From Nocardioidaceae bacterium (GTDB taxonomy: Bacteria; Actinomycetota; Actinomycetes; Propionibacteriales; Nocardioidaceae): DNA of 64,000 nt. Below the pieces are notes generated by a model. That model made no database searches. It was not told where the DNA came from and was given only the letters and a program-made list of their open reading frames with translations. Positions 7,317 to 15,717 of this stretch are shown here, piece by piece; the first letter of the stretch is position 1, and every line of letters starts with the position of its first letter. The stretch spans positions 30,873-94,872 of the forward strand of contig JBIOUF010000014.1 in the NCBI GenBank assembly GCA_044866695.1, read 5' to 3'. The position numbers and the translations under genes are program-made.

Positions 7317-9422
7317 TCAGGCTTCGGAAACGGATGCCCCGCTGGGCTGCTGGCCGACGACGATCTTGATCGTCTCCGCAGGCAGCGAGGGGTAGAAGTA
7401 GACCTCCACGGTGAGCAGGCCCTGTTGCACCGCGTCGGGTGGGTTGTTGGTCTCGTCCACGATCACCGTGAACGTCTGCTCGGGAGTGCCCGTCCCGAAG
7501 GCTCCCTGCCGCCACAGACCGAGCAGGAACGGGGTGACCGTGCTGACCCTGATCGAGCGCCACAGCGTGTCCCTGTTGGGCTCCTGGCGCGCCCAGCGCA
7601 GACCGTCGCGCAGGCTGGACTTCACGTAGTTGAACAGCAGACGCACGTTGACATAGCGCCAGCGCGGGTCGCTGCTGAGCGTGCGCGACGCGTCGACCAC
7701 GATGCCGGACCGAGGCACGGCTCTGATGCCGTTGACGGCGCCCATGGTGACCAGGGCAGTGTGGTCGGCGTCCGAGAGGTTCCTCTCGACGTCCAGCACG
7801 CCACGGAGGTTCGCCTCGTCGCCGGCCGGCGCCTTCCAGATGCCGCGGGTCGTCTCGATGCGGGAGTAGACGCCCATTACGTGACCTGTCGGCGGGATGT
7901 CGATCCGCGGGTTGTCGCCCACCCCGATCGGGTCCGGGACCCTGATCCAGGGACCGTAGAGAGCGCCGTAGACCTTCTTGGCCTGGAGCTTGACGCCGTA
8001 CTCGATAGCCTTGTCGAGGTCGAGGATCGCGTGGTACGGCAGGGCGCCCACGTACATCGCGTCGCCGCGGCCCTCGCAGTACGCGAGCGCGTCTCGCGCG
8101 ACCTGGTCGTCGAGGTCGCAGCACAGCAGCTGGATGGCATGGGGATCGAACGCCGACAGGCCCGTCTGCTTGGCCGGGTCCCCCACGACGTGGAAGCGCG
8201 TGGGAGAGCCGTCCGTGCCGCCGTTGGCGAGGCCGACCCACGTGGCGTCGTCCATGGTCTGGGGTCGTTCGGCGCCGCCCGCGGGGATGTCGTCGAGCAC
8301 GACGAACCGCGAACCCGTGAGCGAGTGGTTGACCCTCGCCAGCGCGTAGTTGTCGAGCCGGGGCTGCATCGACAGGCCGCTATGGGTCTCGACCAGGTGG
8401 TCCTCGTCGGGGGCGCCCTGCGCGACCAGCAGGTCGAACTCGGCCGTCGCCACCGTGATCTGGCTGGCGTCGGTGTACTTCGCCGGGTCGATGTCCGGCC
8501 GCCAGGTCACGGCGCCCGTGTCCAGCTTCACCGAGACCAGCGTGACGTCGGTGGTGATGGTCGCCCCCTCGGTGCCCGGGCCGCTGACCACCACGGCGTC
8601 GCCCGGGGTGAAGTTTCCGGGAGCGGCCAGCCGTGCGCCGCCCTTCTCGGGCGCGTCCACCTTGCCGGTCGTGGCTGCCGCACTCGCACCGAGGTTCAGC
8701 TTGTTGTGGGCCTTGGTGACCTGGAGCCTGGTCGGCTCGTTGCGGTCGGCGGCGCGCTCTCCCGTCGAGGTCAAGACCAGCTTGGAGTCCTCGGCGAGGC
8801 TGGCGCGCAGCAGGCGGGTCTTGCGGTTGATCGCGCTGACGATCTCGTGGCGCTTGGCTTTCTTGGCCTCGACGGCGAACTCGTCGGCGAAGAAGGGAAT
8901 CTCCTCCGCCTCGCCGCCGTCGACGGCCACGGTCAGGGGCTGGAGCGCCGACATGTCGGTGGTCTCACCCAGCGGTGCGTCGGCGGAGACGCTCGCCGGC
9001 TCCTCCACCAGCTTGCTGACGGCCGAGGAGCTGTGCCTGACGTGCACGTACAGGCCCCTGCCCCAGGCGCCAGGGTCCTCCTCGCCGCGGAAGCCGGCGG
9101 TCACCGCCAGGGTGTCCCTGTTGCCCGCGCTCTGGAGCGACGTCGTCGCCGGCTCGGCCGCGGCGTCGGCCACCCGGTTGACGTAGGCGACCCTGCCGCC
9201 GTTGTCGAAGAAGCCGCGCACCAGGTAGGCGCCCTTCCCGCCGCCGAAGTAGCCGCCGAACCGCTCGACGAACTGCGGGAAGCTGGTCACCCTCACCGGC
9301 CGGTTGGGCACGCCCCGCTGGGTGAGGATGTTGAAGCCCGCGACCGACGTCGCTGCGCCGGTGATCGAGGGGGACGCCGAGCCGTCCACCTCGATGACGT
9401 TGATGCCGATGTCTAGTGCCAT
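7317..9422 (-). CDS. Contractile tail sheath protein (Afp2/Cis2-like) with a large central insertion
   Basis: 701 aa. The N-terminus (MALDIGINVIEVDGSASPSITGAATSVAGF...) and C-terminus (...IWKAPAGDEANLRGV...RYVNVRLLFNYVKSSLRDGLRWARQEPN...LTVEVYFYPSLPAETIKIVVGQ) match conserved sheath blocks. Residues ~100-330 look like an inserted surface domain. Confidence 0.92.
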   Translation of the reverse strand: MALDIGINVIEVDGSASPSITGAATSVAGFNILTQRGVPNRPVRVTSFPQFVERFGGYFGGGKGAYLVRGFFDNGGRVAYVNRVADAAAEPATTSLQSAGNRDTLAVTAGFRGEEDPGAWGRGLYVHVRHSSSAVSKLVEEPASVSADAPLGETTDMSALQPLTVAVDGGEAEEIPFFADEFAVEAKKAKRHEIVSAINRKTRLLRASLAEDSKLVLTSTGERAADRNEPTRLQVTKAHNKLNLGASAAATTGKVDAPEKGGARLAAPGNFTPGDAVVVSGPGTEGATITTDVTLVSVKLDTGAVTWRPDIDPAKYTDASQITVATAEFDLLVAQGAPDEDHLVETHSGLSMQPRLDNYALARVNHSLTGSRFVVLDDIPAGGAERPQTMDDATWVGLANGGTDGSPTRFHVVGDPAKQTGLSAFDPHAIQLLCCDLDDQVARDALAYCEGRGDAMYVGALPYHAILDLDKAIEYGVKLQAKKVYGALYGPWIRVPDPIGVGDNPRIDIPPTGHVMGVYSRIETTRGIWKAPAGDEANLRGVLDVERNLSDADHTALVTMGAVNGIRAVPRSGIVVDASRTLSSDPRWRYVNVRLLFNYVKSSLRDGLRWARQEPNRDTLWRSIRVSTVTPFLLGLWRQGAFGTGTPEQTFTVIVDETNNPPDAVQQGLLTVEVYFYPSLPAETIKIVVGQQPSGASVSEA

Positions 9423-9444
9423 GGTGGGTCTCCTTGGGTTGGGC

Positions 9445-10479
9445 TCACAGCGTCACCACCAGGTCGGTCGAGACGGCGACCTGCTGGACCTCGCGCACCG
9501 GCGGGCCGACCCGGCCGGGCGCTCGCACACCGAGGCGGTACACGAGGACCGGCTCGTCGCCCAGCGCCCCGCCGGGCCGGTCGGAGCCGGCCGGCGAGAG
9601 GAGCTCGATGGGGTACCGCTCGCCGTCGGCGACCAGCTCGCCTACGGGTGGCAGGCGCTCGAGCAGCGCGTCCAGCAGCTGGGCTTGTTCCTCGCGCGTG
9701 CTCGCGACCGGGGTGATGGCGTAGTCGAGGTCGAACGGCGTCCCGGCGGTCACCTCCCGAAAGCCGAGGGCGGTGTAGTCGCGGCGTGCCGGGACGTCGA
9801 CCACGCGCCGCGGGGCGTAGCGCGCGTCCACCTGCCGGACCTCGATCCCGGGCGCGGGCGTCGCCTCGGCGACAGGTCCGAAGGACAAGGCCACCTGGCG
9901 GTCGCCGACCGTCACCTTGCCGAACGCCGCGGCGAGCGCGAGGTCACACTCGTGCAGCATGCTGCGCGCGGACACCGCGGCGAGGTCGTCGAGGTGGACG
10001 ACGAGGGGGGCGGTCACACACCGCAGCTGGACCGTCGTGACGGCTTCCGCGACGTCCGCGGGCAGGTCGTCGAGGGAGAAGCAGACCCGCTCCCACGAGC
10101 CCGGCACCGCGACCGGCACGAGCCGGTGCCATGCGCCTGGGGAGCTCTCGACGGGACGGGCCGCCGAACCCAGCCGCAGCTCGAGGACGAACCGCGACGG
10201 CACAGCCGGCGTTCTGGGGACCCGCACCCACAGGCACAGCTCGAGCATGTCGGTGACGTCGACCCGGTCCAGCGTGCGACGCAGCGCGTGGCCCGCTGCG
10301 GCCTCCGAGGCGGTGACGACGACGCCGGCGCGGCCGTCCGTGACGTCCGGGCCGACGGAGGGTGGCTCGTCGGCGGGATGGGCCGAGACGGTCACCTCGG
10401 TGGACGGGCTGGCACCGTCGGGCCCGACGGCCGACCAGACGGTGGCGTCGTCCATCGCGTCGATGACCCGCACGTTCAT
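9445..10479 (-). CDS. Putative tail terminator/sheath cap (DUF4255/Afp16-like C-terminal half) with an extra N-terminal beta-rich domain
   Basis: 344 aa, first gene of the structural operon. The C-terminal half (FDLDYAITPVASTREEQAQLLDALLERLPPVGEL...) resembles the Pvc16/Afp16 N-domain pattern. The N-terminal ~170 aa (WSAVGP...LELCLWVRV...FVLELRLGS...VCFSLDDLP...VQLRCV) looks like a jelly-roll or CBM-type domain. Confidence 0.55.
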   Translation of the reverse strand: MNVRVIDAMDDATVWSAVGPDGASPSTEVTVSAHPADEPPSVGPDVTDGRAGVVVTASEAAAGHALRRTLDRVDVTDMLELCLWVRVPRTPAVPSRFVLELRLGSAARPVESSPGAWHRLVPVAVPGSWERVCFSLDDLPADVAEAVTTVQLRCVTAPLVVHLDDLAAVSARSMLHECDLALAAAFGKVTVGDRQVALSFGPVAEATPAPGIEVRQVDARYAPRRVVDVPARRDYTALGFREVTAGTPFDLDYAITPVASTREEQAQLLDALLERLPPVGELVADGERYPIELLSPAGSDRPGGALGDEPVLVYRLGVRAPGRVGPPVREVQQVAVSTDLVVTL

Positions 10480-10488
10480 CGCACCCTG

Positions 10489-10559
10489 GTCACCGTGGGT
10501 TCGAGGCTCGACTGCACCAGGTGACCATCACCGCTGGGGTGTCACCGGTGCGTCACCGG
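10489..10559 (-). promoter_or_regulatory. Array of GGTGAC repeats upstream of the eCIS structural operon (candidate SARP box)
   Basis: Read on the minus strand, CCGGTGAC occurs at 10559-10552 and 10548-10541, exactly 11 bp apart. A third element, GGTGATGGTCACC, is a dyad at 10520-10532. A fourth, CGGTGACC, lies at 10489-10496. All sit in the 108-bp gap between the SARP gene and the cap gene. Confidence 0.3.
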
Positions 10560-10587
10560 GGTGGCCTGGCACCTGAGCCTGAGCCAG

Positions 10588-11349
10588 TCAGCGCACCACG
10601 ACGAGGGGCGCGGAGCGCGCCGAGGTGAACCCGGTGATCAGCGAGGACATCAGAGGTGACAGGGGAGCGCCGAGCTCGCGGGCGAGCAGGTCGCGATAGG
10701 CCTCGCGGGCGCGGTGTGCCTCCACGAGGTTGCCCTCGGCAAGGTGCGCCTCGACGAGGGCCTGCTGGGCGCTCTCCCGGAACGGATCGGTCGCGACCGC
10801 GATCAGCGCTGCCTCCACGGCCTCGGCGAACCGGCCGGTCTGGTAGAGCCGACGGCTGAGGATCTCGATGGCCCGCAGCAGGCACTGCCGCAACCTCTCC
10901 CGCGCGATGATCACCCAGTCGTCGTACCAGCTGGGCAGCACGCAGAGCGCCTCCTCGATGCGAGGAGCCAGCTGCAGGTCCTCGGAGCGGGTCCGGCCGG
11001 TGATCACCCGCGTCGTCCAGGCCTCGACGACGTGCACGTCGACGGCCAGCCCGCGCTGGAGCGCGAGCGTGTCGGCGTCGCAGGCGACGAGATCGAGGTC
11101 CGCCCGCTGCAGCCTCCACAGCGCCGTGCGCAGGTTGCCGTCGGCGCGATGGCTGTCGGCGCCCGGCCACAGCTGCCCTGCGGCGCGGTGTCTCGTGATG
11201 GTGCTGGCGTGGAGGGCCAAGAACGCCAGCAGCCTCTTGCTGCCGTCCGGCAGGTCGATGCGGCCGACCGGGGAGCTGAGGAACGGGCCTCCGACCAGGT
11301 GCAGGAGCAGGGGCTGTTCGTGCTTGTCGCGCGGCGGACGAACGTCCAT
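10588..11349 (-). CDS. SARP-family transcriptional regulator (OmpR-type wHTH + BTAD)
   Basis: I trimmed track ORF 10588..11448 to ATG 11349 (MDVRPPRDKHEQPLLLHLVGGPF...). The wHTH signature is GNLRTALWRLQR. The BTAD-like C-terminus is LPSWYDDWVIIARERLRQ...AVATDPFRESAQQALVEAHLAEGN...YRDLLARELGAPLSP. Confidence 0.8.
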   Translation of the reverse strand: MDVRPPRDKHEQPLLLHLVGGPFLSSPVGRIDLPDGSKRLLAFLALHASTITRHRAAGQLWPGADSHRADGNLRTALWRLQRADLDLVACDADTLALQRGLAVDVHVVEAWTTRVITGRTRSEDLQLAPRIEEALCVLPSWYDDWVIIARERLRQCLLRAIEILSRRLYQTGRFAEAVEAALIAVATDPFRESAQQALVEAHLAEGNLVEAHRAREAYRDLLARELGAPLSPLMSSLITGFTSARSAPLVVVR

Positions 11350-11440
11350 GGGAGTGGTCCTCGACGGTCTCATGGGGAGGGCGCACCGTACGTCGGCGCT
11401 CGTCACGCAGGCGTCACGAGGGCGGGCGGGACTCCTCGCC

Positions 11441-12274
11441 TCACCCATCGCCGGAGATCAGCCGGGCCGGTGGCGGCAGGGACATCAGCTCCCCCAGCCG
11501 CGGTGACGGGTCGACGCCGAACACCCGGCGATGCAGGCGGCGGTAGTCCTCGCACACCCGGCGGGCCGCGGCCACGTCGTCGGCGGCCAGGTACGCGCTC
11601 GCCAGCGCACACTGGGCGCTCTCGCGCAGCGGGTCCGCATCGACCACCAGGCGAGCTGCCCGGATGCCCTCGGCCGGCCGGCCGGCCTCGCCCAAGAGCC
11701 GGCTCAGCAGCTCGAAGGCGTGCAGCATCCGGTGCCGGAGGCGTTCGCGCTCCAAGACGGCCCAGTCGTCGTCCCATCCGGGGGCCATGGCGATCGACTC
11801 GGCGAACCATGGCATCACCGCCAGGTCGCCCGTCGCCACCGAGCCACTGATGAGGCGCTGGGCCCAGTCGGCAGCCACGTGCGCGTCGACCGTGACGTCG
11901 TCGCGCAGCGCGAGCGAGGCGGTGGTGGCCTCGACCAGGTCCAGGCCGCAGCTGCGCAGCCGCCACAAGGCCGAGCGGAGGTTTCCCGATGCCCTGTGGT
12001 CGTCGACGGTGGCCCACAGGACGCCGGCCGCCACGCTGCGGTCGACGCGGGTACGTCGCAGGGCCAGCCAGACGAGCAGCCGTCGGCAGGAGTCGGGGAC
12101 CGCTCGCCGCTCGCCGGCCACGGTGATCGCCACGTCGCCGAACAGGTGGAGCACCGGCCCTTGGACCCCGCTCTCCCACGTCGCCCGGGCACCGGGCAGT
12201 GACCCGTCGGCGCGGAGGAGGCCTTCGGGATGGGACCAGCCGTTCGGTCGCGCGGGTCGGATGTCAGCGGGCAT
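11441..12274 (-). CDS. SARP-family transcriptional regulator, paralogue of the downstream gene
   Basis: 277 aa with the same architecture: VLHLFGDVAITVAGERRAVPDSCRRLLVWLALRR...GNLRSALWRLRS...GWDDDWAVLERERLRH...DADPLRESAQCALASAYLAADD...YRRLHRRVFGVDPSPRL. Confidence 0.8.
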   Translation of the reverse strand: MPADIRPARPNGWSHPEGLLRADGSLPGARATWESGVQGPVLHLFGDVAITVAGERRAVPDSCRRLLVWLALRRTRVDRSVAAGVLWATVDDHRASGNLRSALWRLRSCGLDLVEATTASLALRDDVTVDAHVAADWAQRLISGSVATGDLAVMPWFAESIAMAPGWDDDWAVLERERLRHRMLHAFELLSRLLGEAGRPAEGIRAARLVVDADPLRESAQCALASAYLAADDVAAARRVCEDYRRLHRRVFGVDPSPRLGELMSLPPPARLISGDG

Positions 12275-12467
12275 GCCGCGTCATCCCGTCACGTCCGAAG
12301 GTCAGCAGGAACTCGCGCACAGCCGCCACCGCTTCCTCGACATCCCTGAACTCGCCGGGGGCGGGGCGGACCGATCCGTCGTGGTAGTCCGTGACCACGG
12401 TGAAGCGCAGCCCGCACGACTGCACCTCGACCCGAACCAGGCACACGCCCGACGTCGCGGCATTCAT
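12264..12467 (-). CDS. Small hypothetical protein (67 aa) at the head of the SARP/eCIS gene string
   Basis: The ORF has high third-position GC when translated by hand. Its 3' end overlaps the SARP start by 11 nt, which suggests coupling. I recognise no family. Confidence 0.4.
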   Translation of the reverse strand: MNAATSGVCLVRVEVQSCGLRFTVVTDYHDGSVRPAPGEFRDVEEAVAAVREFLLTFGRDGMTRHAR

Positions 12468-12832
12468 GCCGCCACCCTTGCGCGGCCGGCGTCACCCAGG
12501 CGTTGTTGCCACGGGGATCACCCCGATCATGCGGGCAGGCCGATCGTGGCATGGCTTGACACCGTCCTCCCGTTGCGGGGAGCGACGGGCCTGACCTGGA
12601 CAGCCGCCGGTCGCCACGCATCGGCTGCATCCATGCAACTCCAATTGCCGACGGCGCGCCAGACATGCGGACGAACCTGGCCGACGATCCGACCTGCACG
12701 GTGGGCCTCGGGCAGAGACCGGCCGAAGCCATCGCCGTCACCGCCCGCGATCTCGATCTCGACGCGGGCCTCGTCGAGTCCGCCGCGGCGCTGCGCCCGT
12801 GACCGGCCATCAGCCAGGAGGGGATGCTCTCG

Positions 12833-13372
12833 TCACCAGTTCCAGTGGCGGCGTTGGGCATCGATCGCCCATGCGCTGACCCGGTCCAGGTCCGCGATAT
12901 CGGGAAGGGGTGAGCGGTCTTCGTCAAGCAGGGTCCGCACCGCGCCTTCGAGGCGCGAGATCTCCGATGACACGTCGTCACGGTCGACCTCACCACGTTC
13001 GACCGCGAGCACGCGCCGCCGCTCCTCAGCCGGCAGGGGCAGGCTGAGACTGCCGGTGCTTGCGATCTCGAAGCCTTGGTAGGCGAGTCGGAGGGCGTGG
13101 CTGCCGTACTTCACGTCCCAGCCGTACTTCGCGATCAGCTCGGGCCGGTTGGGAACATGGCGCGCGGACTGGCCGAGCATGCGCTCGTGCTGGGAGCGCA
13201 TATGGCCGAGGAATCTCTCAACCGCTACCCGCGACAGGAACGCCGACCGCAGGTCGCGGACCTCCTCTCCGAGCGGCGTCACGACCACCAGGGACCCCTC
13301 CGGGGCGAACAGCGGCAGCATGACCGTGGGGTGCCCTTGATCGCCAGCCGCAGGCACGGGTCGTGAGGACAA
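12833..13372 (-). CDS. RlaP-like nucleotidyltransferase-family protein, apparently lacking the N-terminal catalytic part
   Basis: 179 aa. The block ELIAKYGWDVKYGSHALRLAYQGFEIASTGSLSLPLPAEERRRVLAVERGEV resembles the C-terminal region of DNA-polymerase-beta-superfamily (PF10127-type) proteins. The usual N-terminal GS...D.D motif is not present. Confidence 0.5.
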   Translation of the reverse strand: MSSRPVPAAGDQGHPTVMLPLFAPEGSLVVVTPLGEEVRDLRSAFLSRVAVERFLGHMRSQHERMLGQSARHVPNRPELIAKYGWDVKYGSHALRLAYQGFEIASTGSLSLPLPAEERRRVLAVERGEVDRDDVSSEISRLEGAVRTLLDEDRSPLPDIADLDRVSAWAIDAQRRHWNW

Positions 13373-13442
13373 ACATGCAGGTCAGCGGCGTGCGGGGGGT
13401 CTGTGGGGCCTGATTCGTGTAGGCACACGACTTGGGGTGTGT

Positions 13443-13559
13443 CGAGACGCGGCAGGCGGGCGCTCCATCACCGTGCACGTGCCCGACGAGGTCGACCTGA
13501 AGATCGAGGTCGAGATCGGCGACGACGAGAAGGAGCTCGACATCGAGCTCACCCGGTGA
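13443..13559 (+). pseudogene. C-terminal relic of an amphi-Trp-domain-like small protein
   Basis: A hand-translated frame gives ...DAAGGRSITVHVPDEVDLKIEVEIGDDEKELDIELTR*. This matches the ...VPDEVELEVEVE...ELEIEL(K/S)W tail of that family as I remember it. There is no plausible N-terminal part or start codon. Confidence 0.3.
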
Positions 13560-13667
13560 CGGCAGAGTGTCGATCCCACGAAGGGTTCGGCGCGCGTCGT
13601 CGCCTGATCCGTTTGGCGCGCGCCGATGTCAGTCGTCCTCGACAGAGCTCGCGGTGGGTCGGCACCT

Positions 13668-14876
13668 TCAGCCGCCCGCCGAGGCCGCCCCCTCGCGCGC
13701 GGGGATCCGGCCCGCGTTGGCGTGGTCGACGGTGAGGTTGTCCCCGGAAGCCGGGTCGAAGAGGTGGATCTGCGTCCCGTCGACCCAGATCTCGGCCTCC
13801 TCGCCCTCCCGGATCTGGCTGGCGCCGTCGAGCGACACGACGAGCTGGGTGTGCAGCGACTCCCCGTCCAGGTCGCGCTCGAGCTGGCGCAGCTGCTGCT
13901 CGACCTCGTGCGGCGCCTCGAACGGAATGTACGCGTAGGTCTCGTTGCCCAGCCACTCGACGACGTCGACCTGCGCCCGGAACGTCGAGCCCGCGTCCCG
14001 GCCAGTGCCCACGGACGCGTCCTCGAAGTGCTCCGGACGGATGCCGGCCATCAGCAGCCCCTTGCCGGCAGCCTTCTCCGCCCGCTCGGGCGGTATCTTC
14101 ACAGTGCCGAACGGCAGCTTCACATCAGTGCCCTCGACCGTGGCGGGCAGGAAGTTCATCGGCGGGGAGCCGATGAAGCCGGCCACGAACAGGTTGCCGG
14201 GGTTCTCGTAGAGCTCGCGTGGCGTCGCCAGCTGCTGCAGCACGCCACGTTTGAGCACCGCCACCCGGTGGCCCAGCGTCATCGCCTCGGTCTGGTCGTG
14301 GGTGACGTAGACCGTGGTGATGCCGAGTCGCTTCTGGAGCCGCGAGATCTCGGTGCGCATCTGCCCACGCAGCTTGGCGTCGAGATTCGAGAGCGGCTCG
14401 TCGAAGAGGAAGGCGTCGGCCTCGCGCACGATCGCGCGGCCCATCGCCACCCGCTGCCGCTGCCCCCCCGAGAGGTTGCCCGGCTTGCGGTCGAGGTGCT
14501 CGTCGAGCTCGAGGGTCTTCGATGCCACGCGGACCTTCTTGTCCACTTCCTCGTCGGAGGCGTGGGCCAGCCGCAGTGGGAACGCGATGTTCTCGTAGAC
14601 GCTCAGGTGCGGGTAGAGCGCGTAGTTCTGATAGACCATCGCGAGGTTGCGGTCCCGTGGGGCGAGGTCGTTGACCACCCTGTCGCCGATCTTCATCTCG
14701 CCGGAAGTGATGTCCTCCAGGCCGACGATCATCCGCAGCAGCGTCGACTTCCCGCAGCCGGACGGTCCGACCAGGATCATGAACTCGCCGTCCTGCACGT
14801 CGATGCTGACGTCGTTCACCGCCGGGAACCCGTCGCCGTACAGCTTGACGATGTTCTTCATCTCGATGGTGGTCAT
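13668..14876 (-). CDS. Sugar ABC transporter ATP-binding protein (MalK/UgpC/MsiK type)
   Basis: 402 aa with Walker A GPSGCGKST, LSGGQRQRVA, Walker B FLFDEPLSNLD, and a MalK-like C-terminal regulatory domain. Confidence 0.95.
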   Translation of the reverse strand: MTTIEMKNIVKLYGDGFPAVNDVSIDVQDGEFMILVGPSGCGKSTLLRMIVGLEDITSGEMKIGDRVVNDLAPRDRNLAMVYQNYALYPHLSVYENIAFPLRLAHASDEEVDKKVRVASKTLELDEHLDRKPGNLSGGQRQRVAMGRAIVREADAFLFDEPLSNLDAKLRGQMRTEISRLQKRLGITTVYVTHDQTEAMTLGHRVAVLKRGVLQQLATPRELYENPGNLFVAGFIGSPPMNFLPATVEGTDVKLPFGTVKIPPERAEKAAGKGLLMAGIRPEHFEDASVGTGRDAGSTFRAQVDVVEWLGNETYAYIPFEAPHEVEQQLRQLERDLDGESLHTQLVVSLDGASQIREGEEAEIWVDGTQIHLFDPASGDNLTVDHANAGRIPAREGAASAGG

Positions 14877-14880
14877 CGGG

Positions 14881-15717
14881 TCACCCCTTAACAGCGCCGG
14901 AGGTGAGCCCGGCGACGATCTTTCTCTGGAACAGCAGGACGATGATGATGATCGGGACGGTGACCACCACCGAGGCGGTGGCCAGCTGTCCGTACGGCGG
15001 GTTGAACGGGTCCGGCCCGACGAAGTAGGACAGCTGCGCCGGGACCGTGCGGGACGCGGTCGTCGACGTCAGGGAGAGCGCGAGCACGAACTCGTTCCAC
15101 GCGAAGAAGAAGGTCAGGATCGCGGCGGTGAAGACGCCCGGTGCCGCGAGCGGCACGATCACCTTGCGGAACGCCTGCCACGAGGTCGCGCCGTCGACCT
15201 GGGCCGCCTGCTCCATCTCCCAGGGGATCTCGCGGAAGAACGCCGACAGCGTCCAGATCGCCAGCGGCAGAGTGAACGACATGTACGGGATGATCAGACC
15301 TGGCCAGGTGTTGAACAGACCGAGCGTCCGCCACAGGTCGAACAGCGGTCCAACGAGCGCGACCACGGGGAACATCGCGATCGCCAGCGCGATCGACAGC
15401 ACGAGTCGTTTGCCCCTGAATTCCAGGCGGGCGATCGCGTACGCCGCGAGGGTTGCCAGGATCACGGACAGCAGCGTCGAGATCGCCGCGATCCCGAAGG
15501 AGTTGACGAGCGAGTCCCTGAAGTCGGTGTTGTTGAAGATGTCGCTGTAGTTCTGGGTGGTCGGCTCCTTGGGCAGGAACTGCGGGCTGCCCGCGGCCGT
15601 CTCGGTCGGCCCCTTGAAGGACAGCGAGATGATCCAGACCACCGGTAGCAGGCACCAGACGAGGATGAGCGCGAAGCCCACCCAGGTGCCGATCTTGGTC
15701 CGTGTCTCGGTGTTCAT
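14881..15717 (-). CDS. Carbohydrate ABC transporter permease (MalG-like)
   Basis: 278 aa, multi-TM, with an EAA-loop-like QVDGATSWQAFRKVIVPLAAPG. Confidence 0.9.
   Translation of the reverse strand: MNTETRTKIGTWVGFALILVWCLLPVVWIISLSFKGPTETAAGSPQFLPKEPTTQNYSDIFNNTDFRDSLVNSFGIAAISTLLSVILATLAAYAIARLEFRGKRLVLSIALAIAMFPVVALVGPLFDLWRTLGLFNTWPGLIIPYMSFTLPLAIWTLSAFFREIPWEMEQAAQVDGATSWQAFRKVIVPLAAPGVFTAAILTFFFAWNEFVLALSLTSTTASRTVPAQLSYFVGPDPFNPPYGQLATASVVVTVPIIIIVLLFQRKIVAGLTSGAVKG

Noticed and set aside
683-9416. Very long plus-strand ORFs (683..2350, 3477..5948, 7287..9416 and others) antisense to the eCIS genes
   Set aside because: These are typical high-GC antisense open frames. They are dominated by R/G/D/E/P/H runs, show no family motifs, and each fully overlaps a minus-strand gene with recognisable homology or operon logic.
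1-10479. Interpretation of the tail gene cluster as a myovirus prophage
   Set aside because: No head, packaging, lysis, integrase or repressor genes are visible on the right side. The SARP regulators and the DUF4255-like cap are hallmarks of domesticated CIS loci. This cannot be fully excluded without the sequence to the left of the window.
10491-10515. tRNA-like GGTTCGAGG (T-loop-like) sequence
   Set aside because: There is no complementary T-stem, acceptor stem or anticodon arm around it. It more likely belongs to the TTCGAGGCTCG repeat family.
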